Positions 59,743 to 64,000 of a DNA stretch of 64,000 nt are shown here, one piece after another. Source of the DNA: Candidatus Latescibacterota bacterium (GTDB lineage Bacteria > Latescibacterota > UBA2968 > UBA8231). A model generated the notes under the pieces. The model ran no database searches, had not been told where the DNA came from, and worked only from the letters and a program-made list of their open reading frames with translations. Made by a program: the position numbers and the translations under genes. The number at the start of each line of letters is the position of its first letter. Position 1 is the stretch's first letter. Location of the stretch: NCBI GenBank assembly GCA_965223905.1, contig CBDCXV010000011.1:2112001-2176000 (forward strand). Reading direction: 5' to 3'.

Positions 59743-60936
59743 ATGATCCTTCCGCCTGCCCTTCTTCTGGCCGCGGCTCTCGCCGCCGCGGTCGCGGGGT
59801 GCAGCCACACCGCCCCGTACTACCGGGCCGACGTCGCCGGCCGGGCGCTGCCCGGGGAGGACCTCGCTTTCCGCGTGATCCTGATCGGCGACGCCGGCGC
59901 CCCGCGTCCCGGGGAACCGGTGCTGGCGACCCTGAAGGCGTGGGCGCGCAGGGACTCCGACCGGACCCTGGTCGCCTTCCTGGGGGACAACGTCTACGAG
60001 GACGGCTTCTCGGGGGCGGACCGGCGCGACGAGGAGCGCCGCCTCGACCGCCAGCTCGACGCCCTCGAAGGATCGCCCGGGCTGCGGGGGCTGTTCATCC
60101 CGGGCAACCACGACTGGGCCGGGAGCTCCGCAGCGGGGCTGGAGGCGGTGAAGGCGCAGCAGGCGTACGTCGAGCGCCGCCTGTCGCCGGGGAGCTTCCT
60201 GCCCCGGGACGGCCGCCCGGGGCCGGTGAAGATCGACCTGCCCGATTCCGCCGGCGCCGTGCTGCGGCTCGTCGCCATCGACACCCAGTGGTGGCTGCAC
60301 GAAGAGCCGAAGCCGGCCTCCGACCGGGACGGGATCGTCGCCGGGCTCGTGCGCTGCCTGACGACGGAACTGCCGGTGGTCGTGCTCGCCCACCACCCGC
60401 TGGAGTCCGCCGGCAACCACGGCGGGTTCTTCGACTGGCGCGACTACCTGTTTCCGGCGACCCGGGCCACCGATGCCCCGTGGGCATGGCTGATCCCGGC
60501 GCCCCTGATCTATCCGCTAGGGCGGAGGTTCACGCCGCTGGGGACGGAGCAGGACATCTTCGCGCCGGCCTACCGGGAGATGAAGGAGGATCTCCGGCGC
60601 GCCTCGCGGACGCGGGACGCCGACGGCAGGCTCCTCAAACCGCTCGCTTACGCCGCGGGGCACGACCACAACCTGCAGGTGATGGAGGGAGGGGAGTTCG
60701 CCGACTACCTCGTCGTCAGCGGCGCCGGATCGGCGGTGAAGGCGCGCCCCGTCGGCGACCGGCCGCAGACCCTGTTCGCCCACGAGCACCCCGGCTTCAT
60801 CCTCCTCGACGTGCTGGCCGACGGGTCGGTCTGGCTGCGGGTGGTCGAGCCCGTCTTCGACGAGGAGGGGCGGCAGCTCGACCCGGGGAGCGAGCCGGTG
60901 GCGTTCACCCTGCGGCTTCGGGCCCGAGACCAGTAG
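59743..60936 (+). CDS. Calcineurin-like metallophosphoesterase lipoprotein
   Basis: Lipobox VAGC; GDAG, GDNVY, GNHD, HHP, GHDHNLQ. Confidence 0.9.
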   Translation: MILPPALLLAAALAAAVAGCSHTAPYYRADVAGRALPGEDLAFRVILIGDAGAPRPGEPVLATLKAWARRDSDRTLVAFLGDNVYEDGFSGADRRDEERRLDRQLDALEGSPGLRGLFIPGNHDWAGSSAAGLEAVKAQQAYVERRLSPGSFLPRDGRPGPVKIDLPDSAGAVLRLVAIDTQWWLHEEPKPASDRDGIVAGLVRCLTTELPVVVLAHHPLESAGNHGGFFDWRDYLFPATRATDAPWAWLIPAPLIYPLGRRFTPLGTEQDIFAPAYREMKEDLRRASRTRDADGRLLKPLAYAAGHDHNLQVMEGGEFADYLVVSGAGSAVKARPVGDRPQTLFAHEHPGFILLDVLADGSVWLRVVEPVFDEEGRQLDPGSEPVAFTLRLRARDQ

Positions 60937-61008
60937 CCCTTTCCGAGATGATCCGGCGCGCTGGGGACGGGGGTAGCCGGGGAGCAGAAGCCGGTCGCCC
61001 CGGCAGGC

Positions 61009-62016
61009 TCAGACAGGTTCTTCCGCGGTCTTCATCCAGGCCTTGATGCGCTCGTGCCCGAGCACCCCGGTGTTGAGCAGATGCCGCGGCCGCCTGCCGG
61101 CGATGACATCGGTAATCTGCGAGAAGGTCATGGCGTCGAGACGCATCACCGATTCGACGGTGATGCCGCCGTTGTGGTTGGTGCAGATGATGCGCGGGTG
61201 ATCCTTGTGGCGCTCGCGCGGGCCGTTCACCGGGTCGTCCACCACGTAGTAGAACAGCTTCTCCTCACTGACGGCGCGGTTCACCGCCTCGTCGTCGACG
61301 AGGTTTCCCCGCGACGGGTTGATGAGGGAGGCGTGGGGCTGCATGGCGCAGAGCAGGTCCCAGGTGACGATGCAGTCGTCGCCGGCGACGTGGAGCGACA
61401 CGGTGTCGCATTCCTCGAACAGCCGGCGCGGATCCTCCACGGCCTCGGCGCCGAACTGCGCGGCGAGGTCGGCGATGTCGGGGCGGATGTCGTACACCAG
61501 CAGTCTCCCGGTGTCGCCGAGCAGCGGTTTGGCGCGCAGGGCGACCTGCTGCCCGATGCGGCCGAACCCGTACAACCCGAGGGTCGATCCCTGCGCCTCG
61601 AAAGTCCGAATGATCGAGAAGTCGCCGCGGTGCGACAGGCGGTTCAGGGTGTAGGTGCGCTTGAGGGTCGCCATCCACTGGGCGATCGCGTACTCCGCCA
61701 CGGTATCCATGTGGACGGGAGTGACGGCGACGGCGACTCCGAGCTCGGTGGCGACGTCGATCTGCACCTTGTCGAAGCCGACCCCCCAGCGCGCGATCAG
61801 GCGCAGGTCCTCCCCCTGCTCGTAGAACTCCCGGTGCACGAGGGCGGAGTCGGCGATCACGCCGATCACCCCGTTGACCTTGTCGGCGGTGAGGTCGCCG
61901 GTGTAGTCCTCGAGCTCGGCGATTTCGGCAAGCTTCTCCAGTCCCCGGCGGCGGGTATCGGAAGCGAACCCGTCGTTCCTGAAGATCTTGCTCAACAGCA
62001 CTTTCTTCCTTGCCAT
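61009..62016 (-). CDS. D-2-hydroxyacid dehydrogenase family protein
   Basis: RWGVGFDKV, VAEYAI, GLYGFGRIG, INPSRG, TNHNGG. Confidence 0.9.
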   Translation of the reverse strand: MARKKVLLSKIFRNDGFASDTRRRGLEKLAEIAELEDYTGDLTADKVNGVIGVIADSALVHREFYEQGEDLRLIARWGVGFDKVQIDVATELGVAVAVTPVHMDTVAEYAIAQWMATLKRTYTLNRLSHRGDFSIIRTFEAQGSTLGLYGFGRIGQQVALRAKPLLGDTGRLLVYDIRPDIADLAAQFGAEAVEDPRRLFEECDTVSLHVAGDDCIVTWDLLCAMQPHASLINPSRGNLVDDEAVNRAVSEEKLFYYVVDDPVNGPRERHKDHPRIICTNHNGGITVESVMRLDAMTFSQITDVIAGRRPRHLLNTGVLGHERIKAWMKTAEEPV

Positions 62017-62234
62017 GAGTCTCCCTTTGGTATTGCGCCTTTGGTTGCAGGTTGCATACGCTAAACGGCCGGTGAAATTCGCCTTGCAGGCGAGGCCGGG
62101 CAACAGCATCCGGTCGCCCGAACCGCCCTTTCGGAGAGGTAGCCAGGGGCCGGACGCCGGCAGGATGGAAGGCCCGACGCCCTGACATGGGCGCAGGATA
62201 ATCCCGCCACTCAACCCGAACCGAGGATGACGAC

Positions 62235-63329
62235 ATGACTGCGGAAACTCGCGGCACCGCTTTCGTATACGTGGGCACGTACACCAACGGCGACGACGGC
62301 ATCTACCGCTATCGCATGGACCTGGAGACCGGGGCCCTCGAGCCCGCCGGCACCACGCCGGCCTACAACCCGTTCTTCCTCCTGGCGGACCGCAGCGGGA
62401 AGCTCCTCTACGCGACGGTCTCGCGGGATGACGGGGAAGACGAAGCCTACATCGAGGGAGAGGTCGCCGCCTACGCCATCGAGCCGTCCGGCGAGCTGAC
62501 CCTGCTCAACACGGAGCGCGCCCACGGCGCCTTCCCCTGTTACCTCGAGCTCGACCGCGCGCAGCGCCACCTGCTCGTCGGCAACTACAACTCCGGCAGC
62601 GTTGCCGTGCTCCCGGTGGCCGAGGACGGGCGTCTGGGCGCGGCCACCGACGTCGTGCAGCACAGCGGCTCCGGCGTCAACGAGGAGCGCCAGGAGGGAC
62701 CGCACGTCCACTCCATCGTCCTCGACCCGGCCGAGCGCTTCGCGTACGCCGCCGACCTCGGCATCGACAGGCATATGATCTATGCCTTCGACGCCGGCGC
62801 GGGGAAGCTGACGCCGGCGGCCCAGCCGTGGGCCAAGGCCGCTCCCGGGGCGGGCCCGCGGCACTTCGCCTTTGACCCGGACGGAGCGCGCGCCTACCTG
62901 CTCAACGAGCTCGACGGCACCGTGACCCTCTTCGACTTCGACGCCGACAGCGGCGGCCTGAGCGAACGCCAGACGATTTCCACGCTGCCGGCCGATTTCG
63001 CCGACGAGAACTGCGCCGCGGACCTGAGCATCCCGCCGCCGGGCGACTTCCTCTACTGCACCAACCGCGGCCACGACAGCATCGCCGTGTTCGCCATCGA
63101 CAGGGAGACCGGGCTGCTGACCTTCATCGCCCACGAGCCGGCGCAGGGGAGCTGGCCGTGGAACCTCGAGATCGACCCGGCGGGCCGATTCATGCTGGCG
63201 GCCAACTACGAGAGCGACAGCGTCGCGGTGTGGCGGATCGATCCCGGGACCGGGAGGCTGATCCCGGCCGGGCAGGGGGCGGAGGCGCCGAAACCTACGG
63301 GCGTGGTCATGGCCCCGGCGGCAGGGTAG
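62235..63329 (+). CDS. Lactonase family (6-phosphogluconolactonase-like) beta-propeller
   Basis: YVGTYT, NYNSGSV, RQEGPHVH, DLGID, GAGPRH, NRGHDSI. Confidence 0.92.
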   Translation: MTAETRGTAFVYVGTYTNGDDGIYRYRMDLETGALEPAGTTPAYNPFFLLADRSGKLLYATVSRDDGEDEAYIEGEVAAYAIEPSGELTLLNTERAHGAFPCYLELDRAQRHLLVGNYNSGSVAVLPVAEDGRLGAATDVVQHSGSGVNEERQEGPHVHSIVLDPAERFAYAADLGIDRHMIYAFDAGAGKLTPAAQPWAKAAPGAGPRHFAFDPDGARAYLLNELDGTVTLFDFDADSGGLSERQTISTLPADFADENCAADLSIPPPGDFLYCTNRGHDSIAVFAIDRETGLLTFIAHEPAQGSWPWNLEIDPAGRFMLAANYESDSVAVWRIDPGTGRLIPAGQGAEAPKPTGVVMAPAAG

Positions 63330-63386
63330 GGGGAGAGGGCGGCAGTCGCGAAGGGCTTGGTTTTGCAGGGGCTATTGCGGCAATGA

Positions 63387-64000
63387 TTGAGTTCGTCTGA
63401 ATTGAGGGTAGAAAGACTGAATCGTGAGCACAGGAGAACGTGGACAATACTCAAGGCCTCGTCTTCACTGGGCTACTTCTACCAGTGCAGGTACGCGCTG
63501 CTTGAGGCGTTGCGCCGTTTGCCGAAGGGCGACCGCATCAGCATCGGAATCGAGACGCTCGATGATGTCGTGTTCGAGACCCACGATTCTGCGGTCCAGG
63601 TTCTCCAGACCAAGCATCACATTAATGCTCACGCTAGTCTTTCCGACGCATCGCCTGACTTGTGGAAAACACTGCGGATCTGGATTGATGGACAATCTGG
63701 CGGGAACATTCCGCAGAATGCCCAGTTCTTCCTCATCACCACGGCTGTGTGCAACGACGGTACTGCGGCTTCCTACCTCCGCCCGTGGGGGCGGGACGAA
63801 GTGAAAGCGTTGGAACGTCTGGCCGCGACCGCTTCCACGTCCAAAAGCGAAACCAATTCCCCTGCCTATCGAGCCTTTCTTTCAATGAAGGCGGAGGGGC
63901 GCGAGCTCCTTGTGAACTCCATAGCAGTCCTCGATGGTTCGCCATCAATCGACCAGTTGGACAACCAACTGCAACAGGCAGTGTTCTACGCTGTCGAGCG
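63387..64000 (+). CDS. ABC-three-component/Lamassu-type effector with Cap4-like PD-(D/E)xK nuclease; runs off the window
   Basis: Frame not in the ORF track: SSLGYFYQCRYAL..IETLDDVVFE..LQTKHH..LSDASPDLWKTLRIW..LITTA; start is either in-frame TTG (63387/63402) or GTG 63424 plus a frameshift. Confidence 0.75.
   Translation, partial: MSSSELRVERLNREHRRTWTILKASSSLGYFYQCRYALLEALRRLPKGDRISIGIETLDDVVFETHDSAVQVLQTKHHINAHASLSDASPDLWKTLRIWIDGQSGGNIPQNAQFFLITTAVCNDGTAASYLRPWGRDEVKALERLAATASTSKSETNSPAYRAFLSMKAEGRELLVNSIAVLDGSPSIDQLDNQLQQAVFYAVE

Noticed and set aside
62060-62200. CCGGTGAAATTC plus hairpins resembling a cobalamin or FMN riboswitch
   Set aside because: Other conserved elements of those riboswitches were not seen; GC-rich hairpins are expected by chance

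Overview
GC-rich bacterial chromosome segment. A PorV-like gene, five proteins with PNPF(N)-type C-terminal sorting tails and a UBact operon suggest a diderm of the FCB/Latescibacterota-like radiation (inference). Intact genes include tRNA-Val(TAC), tyrS, guaA, gatB, lepB, a sugar ABC transporter, several oxidoreductases, dnaE2, two paralogous secreted M6 metalloproteases and a complete UBact-proteasome operon (arc-dop-ubact-prcB-prcA-pafA). An imuB-like gene next to dnaE2 appears fused at its 3' end to a gene remnant. The best candidate for an undescribed system lies in an accessory region beside tRNA-Val: an operon coupling a DUF4956-like membrane protein, an HlyD adaptor, TolC and a VTC (polyphosphate polymerase-like) domain protein, with no ABC/RND pump, flanked by two CotH-kinase/lamin-tail proteins. 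It may synthesise and export polyphosphate for extracellular phosphorylation (hypothesis). Other observations: a Tyr-codon leader peptide and attenuator before tyrS, a candidate SOS box over overlapping divergent promoters, three apparently identical ISL3 copies each with an intact 8-bp TSD inside an accessory gene, a 76-bp MITE-like insertion, and decayed defence genes (Mrr, HD-YwgA, PLD-wHTH). A Lamassu/ABC-3C-like effector starts at the right edge. All family calls come from motif recognition by eye; no database search was run.
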